Positions 26,945-39,328 of a stretch of DNA of 64,000 nucleotides are shown piece by piece. Every line of letters begins with the position of its first letter. Positions within the stretch are counted from its first letter, which is position 1. Below the pieces are notes generated by a model, which ran no database searches, was not told the origin of the DNA, and saw nothing but the letters and a program-made list of their open reading frames with translations. The DNA comes from Ylistrum balloti. Taxonomy: Eukaryota. The DNA is taken from positions 372,001 through 436,000 of the forward strand of contig NW_026782308.1 of assembly GCF_031769215.1 (NCBI RefSeq), written 5' to 3'. The position numbers and the translations under genes were made by a program.

Positions 26945-27994
26945 TGTAATTGTTCCGAGAAGAGTTACTTGCCCGTTGACGCATGTACAGCCAATGAATA
27001 TTGGCGCAGTCAATACCGATCAGTAAGCTTAGAGGTAAATTACATATATAAAAAATTATTAAATTCGCCATTCAAAGTCATAAATTACCGGCTAGATATA
27101 CACCTAAAACCGCTTTAAGTTTTATTTATATCTCCATTGCAATACAGATCACGTGTCTATATAATGTCCCAGAATCTGCGGATTTTATTAAAATCAATAT
27201 CAATATATAGCAAGTCTACAGCGTCGTATCAGAACCGTGATGAACAGAGTGAGTGATGTCAATGAAATACCATAATCATAGACATCACCAGTTAGTTACA
27301 TAGTATTTAATAAGTGATGTCATTAAACATCAATAACTATATACGGTATTAAAATTAATTAGTGATGTCATTGAATGCCATTGGAAAATATAATATTTGA
27401 TTTCACCAATTAAATACTGTATATGGTACTATCAAATTGAATAAGTGATGTGACCAAATGCTGCACATGTTGTCTTCTGATAAGGATAGATTGTTGTCCC
27501 TGAGAGACCAACTTAACACTAATTCATCAATAATTGATATTGTCAGGGAAAATGCTTAACTGGATCACGACTTTCTCGGTAATTTTGCACTACAGGTCTT
27601 AACCTGTGTATCCCTTTATCTACAGGTAATCAGTGGATTACCTTATCAAGTTTGTTGTATTGTATGTAAAACGTTGCAATATTCTAACATTTATCTTCAA
27701 AATGTGTTTTATAGTCTAAATCCGGTGACGTGCATTCGAAAAAATTCTGTGATGTATATATATATATATATATCGTAAAGCTTGTGTTATACATTCTAAA
27801 TATTGTCATGTATATCTAATATCTTTTGGTTTAAAATCTATATTTAGGGGTTGTTTGTTTCTGTAAATATTGTAATTATGTATTCAAGAAATCATGTGAT
27901 TTATATCGTAAAACTTGTGTTTTATCTTCCTGCGTTGTAAAATATTCTGTTTTATATACATTCGAAAGCTTGTGATAATTTGATGTTATGAAAT

Positions 27995-30480
27995 AAACAA
28001 CAAAGAAAATACCAGCATGTCAACAGAATTATAACGCAAACTCATATTTAATGAAACTAGGGAAAATGTGAACATTAGAAAGACTTACACTCATGAAAAA
28101 GTACCAAGAGAATACGACCAGGCGTTCCGGAAGTGCAAGCATCTTCTGCTTCATCGACGTGTAATAGGGTTAAGTTTTAGGTAATTTTGGCCGCCGTTGT
28201 CTAGCGTCGCGCCGTTTGGATTTCCGCGTCGTCTGTGATCGTTATAAATGTATGTATATATGTTGCGTCTATATGTTTAGTTTGCCCGTGTGACGTAGTG
28301 TGTCTACGTATGTCCAGTTATTGTCTCGTTTTCGTTCCTTGGTCTTTGTCTGTATTTGGCGGGTTTTCAGTGGACAAAGGAGACATTGACCATTACGGAC
28401 GATTGAAACCTCCGTCCAGATTATGAACACCTTGTCCCGTAAATTGTAAGTCATATTTTATATATTGCTTTGAAACATCGATTATTGTATTATATATCTT
28501 GTTTAACATCATTTGTAATGATGTTATTAATTTATCAAAATCCATGTATTGTATACACTAATAATACTGCCGATCTTACCGTCGGTTTGAAATGGGTAGC
28601 TTTATATATTTGTAGTAAATATACAATTACCCGTATACTGTGTAACTATTTATATATGCGTTGTTTTAATTACAGTAATCATCTACGATCCCAATGATAT
28701 CAGTCATTTGTCTACGATCATAATGAGCCCTATGTTACTTTAGGACCCTTGACCCATTGTTGGGGTAGGTTTTCACATTAAATATTGTTTATTAAATAAT
28801 GTTCTATTAAATGATTAAATAACGTGTAACGTACTGTGGCTATAGTGTGTCGCTATATTCCTTTTTTTTATGTTGTACTAAATATTTGTATTTATATAAT
28901 ATAAGTAGGTATCCATGTACATTGTGGAACAATTAAACTCTCTTTTGAGATAATTACCACTGTGATATTATCTGTAATGTATATTACGTGTGATATTTAA
29001 TGTATTGTAAGGGATCGTATTTATGTGTTTTATGTATGTTATGTTGTAGGGTCTTTAGGGTTTAACCTAATAAACATCTGGAACCGGACCTGGTGTTCGC
29101 CCTCATTATTTTTTATAAAACAACCAAATTTACAGACGACATCTGCCATGTAAACTTGGTCAATTCAAGTAATCAATGCCACGTTCATATTACACAATGA
29201 AATAGAATATTTCCGAATGAAATCATTATATCGCATGTCACACTTCCCCATCATTTTCATCAACCTGTATTCCTAGAATCCCGCGTTTTGAGCTTGTCTC
29301 TGAGTGGTTCCAGAAAATCATAACATTTGAGAACAAGTCGGTGAATATCGAATCAACCGCGACATGTAAATACGATATCGACTGGGGATGCAAGGATGTT
29401 GCTATCAAGAAATGGAAAATTTTGATATGGAAACTGAATTTATCACACTTATCATAGAGCCTAGTAAAAAGGCAGTCCCTGTTTCATTGCAGGAAAGGAT
29501 AGAGATAAGCGACTTATATAGAAGAGTCTGTGGTATCTTTGATTTCCAATATAGGTTGGTATATGCGTGGGACATAGTCAATACATGTCTTGTTAATTAA
29601 AGACAACACATCATTTATATATATCTGAAAGTGAAATTGAAGGACTTTGCAACAAGGTCTTTGTGACTAGTTTTGATAAGATTGTACAAAAATCATAATC
29701 ACCCTTTAATAGATTCAGCTTGGCGTGAAAATAAAATTCAGCCAAACGAGGGCCATGGTTTGTTCCCAGGGGTATTCCAGTAGTCTATTGTAAGATCTTA
29801 CCGCCAAACTCAACGCAGAGATTGTCAACCAGAAATTCGATACAATTTCTCTCGTATTCCTTATTTGGTTTGAACGTATTTTTCACAAAATATGCTTCAG
29901 TGAAATTCACAACCATGTATTTGTACCGCCGTTGTTCACCTTTCCTGGAAAAGAAATCTCTTACAACAAAAGAAGGAAGCGTGCCTCTAGTGTGAAATAG
30001 GACATGGTAGTGTACGTAGTGGAAAATTTTAATATTCTTATAGAAAAAAATGTTGTTTGAAGCTCTTTGAAGTTATGTTAAATCATTATTCCGTTAATTC
30101 CGCTTCTTGAGTTAACACTATAACAACAAGCATGAAACACTGATTTGACAGTACTAAGATTGGTAGTAAGACGCCAGAACAAAGGCTTGGTTGATCAGCT
30201 AAGCAAGCCAGCAACAAAACGTTGTTTATATGGATTCTTGTGATATTTAGAAACTTAATTCAAATAAGAGAGGTCAGCATCCTGATAAATAATTGGCAAT
30301 TTGAATGATTGACGTACTGAAGCGTAATTATCCAGTATTTCTTCTTTGAAAAAAATTGGAGTGTATAAGTAGGATGTTCTTCTGTATCGATCAAGCCTGG
30401 TTCTTTTTTGTATGCAGGAGATGTAATAATGTACGCAAAAAGGACTGATGTATTTGATGCATTGTCTGCAGGCATAATGA
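27995..30480 (-). mobile_element. Decayed Penelope-like retroelement (Naiad-type RT), interrupted by a solo LTR
   Basis: Minus-strand motifs in the correct order, with stops and frameshifts: PADNASN, STKPL, SRSGI, FST.YTT, RRYKYMVV...AYFVK, EFLVDN...GIPLGTN..P, FRYI.DVLSL, LEIKDTT, LYDK.D.F.F. The 3' tail continues left of the LTR to ~28000. Confidence 0.85.
28160..29134 (+). mobile_element. 975-bp solo LTR (probably Gypsy), TGTAA...TTACA, 4-bp TSD GACG
   Basis: Inverted termini TGTAA (28160) and TTACA (29130-29134); GACG at 28156-28159 and 29135-29138; AATAAA at 29069. Excision restores the PLE tail tcatcgacgacatc. Confidence 0.82.
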
Positions 30481-30599
30481 CATACTTATCATGTGCATTT
30501 GAAGTGTTAATTTAACATCAGAATCAAGACATTGTGTTTTGTTTTCATTTAGATTTCAAACTGTGTATTGGTTTAAGAATGATAGACCGAATTTATTTA

Positions 30600-31130
30600 A
30601 TCCATTCCATTTCTAGGTAGTAACATTCCTGCATCCCAAACCTACGGTGTTTATATGTCGCAGTTGATTCTATATTCAATGGTCTGTTTTATAACAATTT
30701 TCATGCAAGAAATCGTCAACTGACGGACACATTTGTAACAAAGGGTTTCAGATGATGTAGTTTGATGAAAATCACGGGGAAAGTTTACGGTCGTCATAGT
30801 GATCTCATTGAGAAATATTCTATTTCTTTGTGTTATGTGAAGCTGGACGTGTGTGATGGTCGTTAGTTTGCATGCTGGTTCCATAACTGTACACATTGTT
30901 TTCAGTTCAGACAGTGACATTACTTACTTGGATTGACCCAGATTTACATGGCGGGTGTCGTCTATGAAGCAAAAGACGCTTACTCTTGTGCTCACCTTTT
31001 CAGAGGGCTCATTGTAAATCATTCGTTTGTTTATATTTTGCCCCTGTTTTATTGAATTTGAGTTTGGATTATGTTGATATGTTTTTTTTTTTGGTTTTTG
31101 TTTTGCTGTTTATTGAGTTGACAATAATAA
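30600..31130 (+). mobile_element. 3' fragment of a Penelope-like element (RT thumb + tail)
   Basis: IPFLGSNIPASQTYGVYMSQLI, followed by the tail gtgtcgtctatgaagcaaaagacgcttactct shared with the copies at 28150 and 46290. Confidence 0.8.
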
Positions 31131-31483
31131 TATTCACTTATCATATCCTTTACAAACATTGTCCCGTAACATTCCGTTCTTGCATGATAGATATTTTCAT
31201 GGCTCCTATACACTGTGGTCACCGATAACAGTTGTTTCGTACCGATATACAATACAGACAGTTTGTTTCAAACCTATTTCTGTGAATGATCTCGAGTCCA
31301 GTAGTCATAACTGTCATGTGTATTCATGTTCCTGACGTAACATTCTATGGAATAATACTTATTAGGAATAATTCCACAGGCGATCCTTGACCTGTGTGTG
31401 GGTGACATTTTTCACGTGAAATTGCACTTATTTTACATAACGCTAACGTTTTGGTATCATTCTTCAGTGAGAACAACTTCAAG

Positions 31484-34400
31484 AACTGGACCCATGTTGT
31501 AATGTCAGGTCAAGATATAACCAGTAAATAACTGGTCCCCATGTTGTAATGTCAGGTCAAGATATAACCATAAATAACTGGTCCCCATGTTGTAATGTCA
31601 TGTAAAGATATAACCAGTAAATAACCAGTAAATAACTGGTCCCCATGTTGTAATGTCAGGTCAAGATATAACCATAAATAACTGGTCCCCATGTTGTAAT
31701 AACAGGTCCCCATGTTGTAATGTCATGTCAAGATAAAACCAGTAAATAACTGGTCCCCATGTTGTAATGTCATGTAAAGATATAACCAATAAATAACTGG
31801 TCCCCATGTTGTAATGTCATGTCAAGATATAACCATAAATAACTGGTCCCCATGTTGTAATGTCATGTAAAGATATAACCAGTAAATAACTGGTCCCCAT
31901 GTTGTAATGTCATGTCAAGATATAACCATAAATAACTGGTCCCCATGTTGTAATGTCATGTCAAGATATAACCATAAATAACTGGTCCCCATGTTGTAAT
32001 GTCATGTCAAGATATAACCAGTAAATAACTGGTCCCCAGTAAATAACTGGTCCCCATGTTGTAATGTCAGGTCAAGATATAACCATAAATAACTGGTCCC
32101 TATGTTCTAATGTCATGTCAAGATATAACCAGTAAATAACTGGTCCCCATGTTGTAATGTCATGTCAAGATGTAACCAATAAATAAGATATAACCAGTAA
32201 ATAACTGGTCCCCATGTTGTAATGTCATGTCAAGATATAACCATGTCATAAATAACAAGATATGGTCCCCATGTTGTAATGTCATCTCAAGATATAACCA
32301 TAAATAACTGGTCCCCATGTTGTAATGTCATGTCAAGATATAACCATAAATAACTGGTCCCCATGTTGTAATGTCATGTCAAGATATAACCAGTAAATAA
32401 CTGGTCCCCATGTTGTAATGTCATGTCAAGATGTAACCAATAACTGGTCCCCATGTTGTAATGTCAGGTCAAGATATAACCAATAACTGGTCCCCATGTT
32501 GTAATGTCATGTCAAGATATAACCAATAAATAACTGGTCCCCATGTTGTAATGTCAGGTCAAGATATAACCAATAAATAACTGGTCCCCATGTTGTAATG
32601 TCATGTCAAGATATAACCATAAATAACTGGTCCCCATGTTGTAATGTCATGTCAAGATATAACCAGTAAATAACTGGTCCCCATGTTGTAATGTCATGTC
32701 AAGATATAACCAGATATGTAATGTCATGTCAAGATATAACCATAAATAACTGGTCCCCATGTTGTAATGTCATGTCAAGATATAACCAATAAATAACTGG
32801 TCCCCATGTTGTAATGTCATGTCAAGATATAACCAATAAATAACTGGTCCCCATGTTGTAATGTCAGGTCAAGATATAACCATAAATAACTGGTCCCCAT
32901 GTTGTAATGTCATGTCAAGATATAACCATAAATAACTGGTCCCCATGTTGTAATGTCATGTCAAGATATAACCAATAAATAACTGGTCCCCATGTTGTAA
33001 TGTCATGTCAAGATATAACCAGTAAATAACTGGTCCCCATGTTGTAATGTCATGTCAAGATATAACCAATAAATAACTGGTCCCCATGTTGTAATGTCAT
33101 GTAAAGATATAACCAGTAAATAACTGGTCCCCATGTTGTAATGTCATGTCAAGATATAACCATAAATAACTGGTCCCCATGTTGTAATGTCATGTCAAGA
33201 TATAACCAATAAATAACTGGTCCCCATGTTGTAATGTCATGTCAAGATATAACCAATAACTGGTCCCCATGTTGTAATGTCAGGTCAAGATATAACCATA
33301 AAAAACTGGTCCCCATGTTGTAATGTGGTATGTTGTAATGTCATGTCAAGATATAATCCCCATGTTGTAATGTCATGTCAAGATATAACCAGTAAATAAC
33401 TGGTCCCCATGTTGTAATGTCATGTCAAGATATAACCATAAATAACTGGTCCCCATGTTGTAATGTCATGTCAAGATATAACCAATAACTGGTCCCCATG
33501 TTGTAATGTCATGTCAAGATATAACCATAAATAACTGGTCCCCATGTTGTAATGTCATGTCAAGATATAACCATAAATAACTGGTCCCCATGTTGTAATG
33601 TCATGTAAAGATATAACCAATAAATAACTGGTCCCCATGTTGTAATGTCATGTCAAGATATAACCAATAAATAACTGGTCCCCATGTTGTAATGTCATGT
33701 AAAGATATAACCAGTAAATAACTGGTCCCCATGTTGTAATGTCAGGTCAAGATATAACCAGTAAATAACTGGTCCCCATGTTGTAATGTCATGTCAAGAT
33801 ATAACCAATAAATAACTGGTCCCCATGTTGTAATGTCATGTCAAGATATAACCATAAATAACTGGTCCCCATGTTGTAATGTCATGTCAAGATATAAATA
33901 AAGTCCCCATGTTGTAATGTCATGTCAAGATATAACCATAAATAACTGGTCCCCATGTTGTAATGTCATGTAAAGATATAACCAGTAAATAACTGGTCCC
34001 CATGTTGTAATGTCATGTAAAGATATAACCAGTAAATAACTGGTCCCCATGTTGTAATGTCATGTCAAGATATAACCAGTAAATAACTGGTCCCCATGTT
34101 GTAATGTCATGTAAAGATATAACCAATAAATAACTGGTCCCCATGTTGTAATGTCATGTAAAGATATAACCAGTAAATAACTGGTCCCCATGTTGTAATG
34201 TCATGTCAAGATATAACCAGTAAATAACTGGTCCCCATGTTGTAATGTCATGTAAAGATATAACCAGTAAATAACTGGTCCCCATGTTGTAATGTCATGT
34301 CAAGATATAACCAGTAAATAACTGGTCCCCATGTTGTAATGTCATGTCAAGATATAACCAGTAAATAACTGGTCCCCATGTTGTAATGTCATGTCAAGAT

Positions 34401-34614
34401 ATAACCAGTAAATAACTGGTCCCCATGTTGTAATGTCATGTCAAGATGTAACCAATAACTGGTCCCCATGTTGTAATGTCAGGTCAAGATATAACCAGTA
34501 AATAACTGGTCCCCATGTTGTAATGTCATGTCAAGATATAACCAATAAATAACTGGTCCCCATGTTGTAATGTCATGTCAAGATATAACCAATAACTGGT
34601 CCCCATGTTGTAAT
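31484..34614. repeat. 46-47-bp satellite array, ~67 copies
   Basis: Unit ggtccccatgttgtaatgtcatgtcaagatataacca(g/a)taaataact, with some truncated or scrambled units; diverged copies continue to ~34940. Confidence 0.98.
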
Positions 34615-35249
34615 CTGGAGGAAATGTTTAATTAGTAAAGAAACGAATCCCATGATGTCAAGACTTTATCAATAAAGAATTGGATCCGATGATTTAAGCT
34701 AGGGCCAATGTTTATTTAATAATTAACTGGATCTCATGGTGTAACTTCAAGGTTTAATCAGTAAAGGAGCGGACCCCATGGTGTAGTCGCAAGTCAAGGT
34801 TTTATCGGTTAAGAATTGGGTCCGATGACGTAAGCTAGGGCCAAGGTTTAATAAGTAATTAACTGGACCCTGGAATCTCAAGACAAGGTTAAATAAATAA
34901 ATAACTGGACACTAGATGTAATCTCGGGTTAAAGTTTAATGAATAAATAGCTCTCTTTCTCCTGATCTCGAGTTTGAATGAAAACAGACAATAAAGCATT
35001 CTGGTATAATTTCATCGAGCACAGCCTTATCGACCGACAATTTGGCCACATGACATTATCTCAAGCCTGAAGTCATTTCGGGCCAAGGTTTTATAACGAT
35101 ACTCTCAGTTTTGACTCCAGGTTTAATCGCTGTATATAACGAAGTCTTGATACTTGGTTTATTTAACACAACTTTTGATCGATAATCAGAACCTTTGGCA
35201 TAATATGGGGAATAACGCGAACAATAGTTGTATCTTTCTTTCCACTTTT

Positions 35250-36170
35250 CCGATCATCTAACACTGTCTAGGAAGGCACATTTTATTAACAAAATAGATT
35301 TACGGGAGGCACATGAAGGTGGAATCCGATCAAAAGCCTTTGTAATCAATTGATTATGTGTCCTTATACTACAACTACAACCATTTAGAAATATATTGTC
35401 TCTTTCATCATTGGTCATCGAAACTTCACATTTTTTCTGATTCTAATAAAAAAAACGAAATAAGAAAAAAGGATTTTCAGCAGAAACAGAATCTGACTGA
35501 AGACATACTTCAAAGTCTGTGGTCATAACTAGCCAATAGTAAACAAACGTCACGCTTTCTTTTTCCTGATTGTGATAAAAACCTCTATTCAATGTACGTT
35601 ATTAACCCGAAGGAAATGTTTCAAGGCTTTGCAATCAACATTTCAGAAACCCCTAATGACCATTCTCTAGCTGCAACACCAACTTCTAACCTTACACAAA
35701 AGCCCGTAAAGAAATGTTTATCACAGCTACACTGAGTAGAGCTTACGTTCCAGCATGTACGGATGTTTGGTACCAGATTTGCCAATCTCGACAGAGATGC
35801 ATAACAAATTTGAAGTAGAAACAAAATTTCTGCGTGAAGACATACTAGTTCAGTGAGCGTGTCCCGTTTAGGTATACAATTGTAGTGAAATGTAAGTATA
35901 TATATCATGTGAAATTTGATATTGGTAAGGTATGAGCACAGACTTTGAATTGTCATCGAAGAAACAGTGTGTGCCGAGTCGCCATGAATGAACTAGAACC
36001 TCTCAAAGAATCAGACATACCTGACAGAATTATATTAACAGATGTCTCATATTCTGAGGAAAGCATTGTTTTAATGGATCCGAATTTGCATGCGAAGAAG
36101 ACTACATTCTTTAAAACTTACGGCATCGAACACAGAACATCAAGCCCTCACTCAAACGGACAATGATAGT
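35250..36170 (+). mobile_element. Highly decayed Gypsy/Ty3 pol remnant
   Basis: KIDLREA (RT-like, ~35290); C...EPL....IP.R; NGSEF; FFKTYGIEHRTSSP.SNG (integrase core), with large deletions. Confidence 0.5.
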
Positions 36171-36210
36171 AAGTAACACTGACACCTAAAGACTTGGCAA
36201 GAAAAGTTTA

Positions 36211-37191
36211 AGAGGAATAATGTATCGGACTCTTTGATGACGAGAGGAATACTGTATCGGACTCTTTGATGGTGAGAGGAATACTGTATCGGACTCTTTG
36301 ATGGCGAGAGGAATACTGTATCGGACTCTTTGATGACGAGAGGAATACTGTATCGACTCTTTGATGACGAGAGGGATACTGTATCGACTCTTTGATGACG
36401 AGAGGAATACTGTATCGGACTCTTTAATGGCGAGAGGAATACTGTATCGGACTCTTTGATGACGAGAGGAATACTGTATCGGAGTCTTTAATGGCGAGAG
36501 AAATGCTGTATCAGACTCTTTGATGGTGAGAGGAATACTGTATCGGACTCTTTGATGGTGAGAGGAATACTGTATCGGACTCTTTGATGGTGAGAGGAAT
36601 ACTGTATCGGACTCTTTAATGGCGAGAGGAATACTGTATCGGACTCTTTGATGACGAGAGGAATACTGTATCGACTCTTTGATGACGAGAGGGATACTGT
36701 ATCGACTCTTTGATGACGAGAGGAATACTGTATCGGACTCTTTAATGGCGAGAGGAATACTGTATCGGACTCTTTGATGACGAGAGGAATACTGTATCGG
36801 AGTCTTTAATGGCGAGAGAAATGCTGTATCAGACTCTTTGATGGTGAGAGGAATACTGTATCGGACTCTTTGATGGTGAGAGGAATACTGTATCGGACTC
36901 TTTGATGGTGAGAGGAATACTGTATCGGACTCTTTAATGGCGAGAGAAATGCTGTATCAGACTCTTTGACGACGAGAGGAATACTGTATCGGACTCTTTG
37001 ATGGTGAGAGGAATACTGTATCGGACTCTTTAATGGCGAGAGAAATACTGTATCGGACTCTTTGATGGTGAGAGGAAAACTGTATCGGACTCTTTAATGG
37101 CGAGAGAAATGCTGTATCAGACTCTTTGACGACGAGAGGAATACTGTATCGGACTCTTTGATGGCGAGAGGAATACTGTATCAGACTCTTT
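36211..37191. repeat. 32-bp minisatellite, ~30 copies
   Basis: Unit gagaggaatactgtatcggactctttgatggt, containing a 318-bp higher-order duplication. Confidence 0.98.
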
Positions 37192-37199
37192 GGTTGCGA

Positions 37200-37330
37200 T
37201 CGATGGTATAGATGAAGTGGAAGATGCTCACTCTCCCGGAACACCTGATCGTATGCTTCTTTCATTCTTCCAGCATACCCGTGTAAATATTCCCTTTCAT
37301 ATGGTGCAATCCTTCTCGTAAGATAAGTCT
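37200..37330 (+). mobile_element. Short Penelope-like 3' tail fragment
   Basis: gatgaagtggaagatgctcactctcccggaacacctga resembles the tails at 28120-28158 and 46295-46335. Confidence 0.5.
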
Positions 37331-39328
37331 TAGTCTTACAAGTAGGCTAAAAAACACAGGGATTTAGATGAAGACCACAGGGCAGTGTTATGGTCGCCTA
37401 CAAAATCTCCTCATCAAATTAGCAAATATTTAATTTCCTTGAGCTTACTTGCAGTTTTATGGCATTTGCCCTATGTACATTATTTTCTTGAATAAGATCT
37501 AGATAAGAAAATGAATGAATACTGAATCGTCATTAAGACCATGAGAATCGGGAAGAATTCAGACCATCGTACATGCCACACGGAAACATTTTTATGACGT
37601 GGAATGTTTGAAAGTTTGTGCCACTTTCTAGATGATGATGACGTTAATAATAAATAAATAAACATAATATTTTCTTTGTTAGACATTTAATTTTAAAATG
37701 CGTAGCTCTCATATATAATAATAACAACAACAACATTATACAATAATGCGTATGGGTAGACAGTATAGAAGTGTAATATTGCATCAAGTTTGAATGTTCA
37801 GTACAACTAACATATTCCCAACGCTGATGAACGATACGTATGGCACATTTTGATCATAGGTGTAAAATGAGAACGAAATGCCTTGTAACGTAAAGCAATG
37901 ACGAGTGAAGAAAATCCCGATTCTTTTGTAAACTGAAGATTTTCAACCTCGACAATTTAGCTTTGACGAACATACATAACAAATAATGCTGACGTCACCT
38001 TTTAATATATTACACAAATACTGATGATGACATTCTCCCACAAATCATGTATAATAATGACGTTATACTCTCTCATATCGCGCAAATAATGATGGCGATA
38101 TTTTCATAATCTCACAGAGAAAGAATGATAAAATCGCAAATTTTGACAATTTTTCTCATATCATAAAATACTGAATAAATATTAAATAATGAAAAACGGG
38201 TATCAACGTTAATATCACGCTAGCTATGACGACGATGTCTTCGTGTATATCACAATAATAAAGATAGATATTCTCTTTTACCTTTAAGAGACGTAAAAGA
38301 ATAATTTGATAATATATATTTGGAAAAAAAACGATGAAAATTTCATCTATCACAGGGAATCAAAGAATGGCTCGGACAAGTGTTATAGGTGTCAGGACGG
38401 ACCATAGACAATCAGCTGGCACATCAATAATCACACCCTGTACATAATCAGCAACTTATATAGTGTTATATAACATAAAAATGTATAAGACAGGTATGGC
38501 GGATTATTTATCACGAACATTTTATACAAGATGAAAAGCCATACTGTATCCAGGTGATTGAAAATGTTCATACTTCACCAAGTAATCACGGTTTGTTTAT
38601 ATTTAAATTTACATTACCAATAATTACTGGAAATTGAAATTCAAACAAATTTGACTGAATTTTTTTCGTACATATTATATATCTGTAGATATACATAAAA
38701 TGTTGTTAATCTTATGTCGACATTTCAGCTACCGTGCCCCATAAGTATGTGTACATGGAACAGGAAATTTCCAATTTAAATCAACGGTAATGAAAATATT
38801 TGTCTATGTGATGTTTTATCAGTATGATATATATTTCCGACTCATGATATAAAACCATAAATGATTTCCAGCTGATATATATCCACTAATATGTTGTGTA
38901 TAAGGACTCCACAAAATACGATAAATACCTGACCAGACTTTCACACCTATTGACTTAAAATGTGAAGATCCTCCTGTCATAACCTCTTCTACGCCCACGT
39001 TTGCCACCAGTTATAAGCACTCTTTAAAAGTAAAGCAACGGGATGTTGATTTGAATTTACTCACTATTAAAACAGATATCTTTTGAATTAATCATTCAAA
39101 TGCAATACAAAATCACCGGTGTCAAGTTGAGGTACACTTCAGTTATATTGCAGGTCTCCATGTTTTTATCTCCTACCTGTTGCATACCTTGAAAACCGAG
39201 GCGTCAATTCATCAGATACCTGGGTGTAGTCTTGTTGTACAGTAAATAACTTCTGACCACATTGGTGCTGGTAAGTTGTAATTCAATGGACAAGTTGGGC
39301 GTTGATATTTTTGTAGAAACAATAAGTT

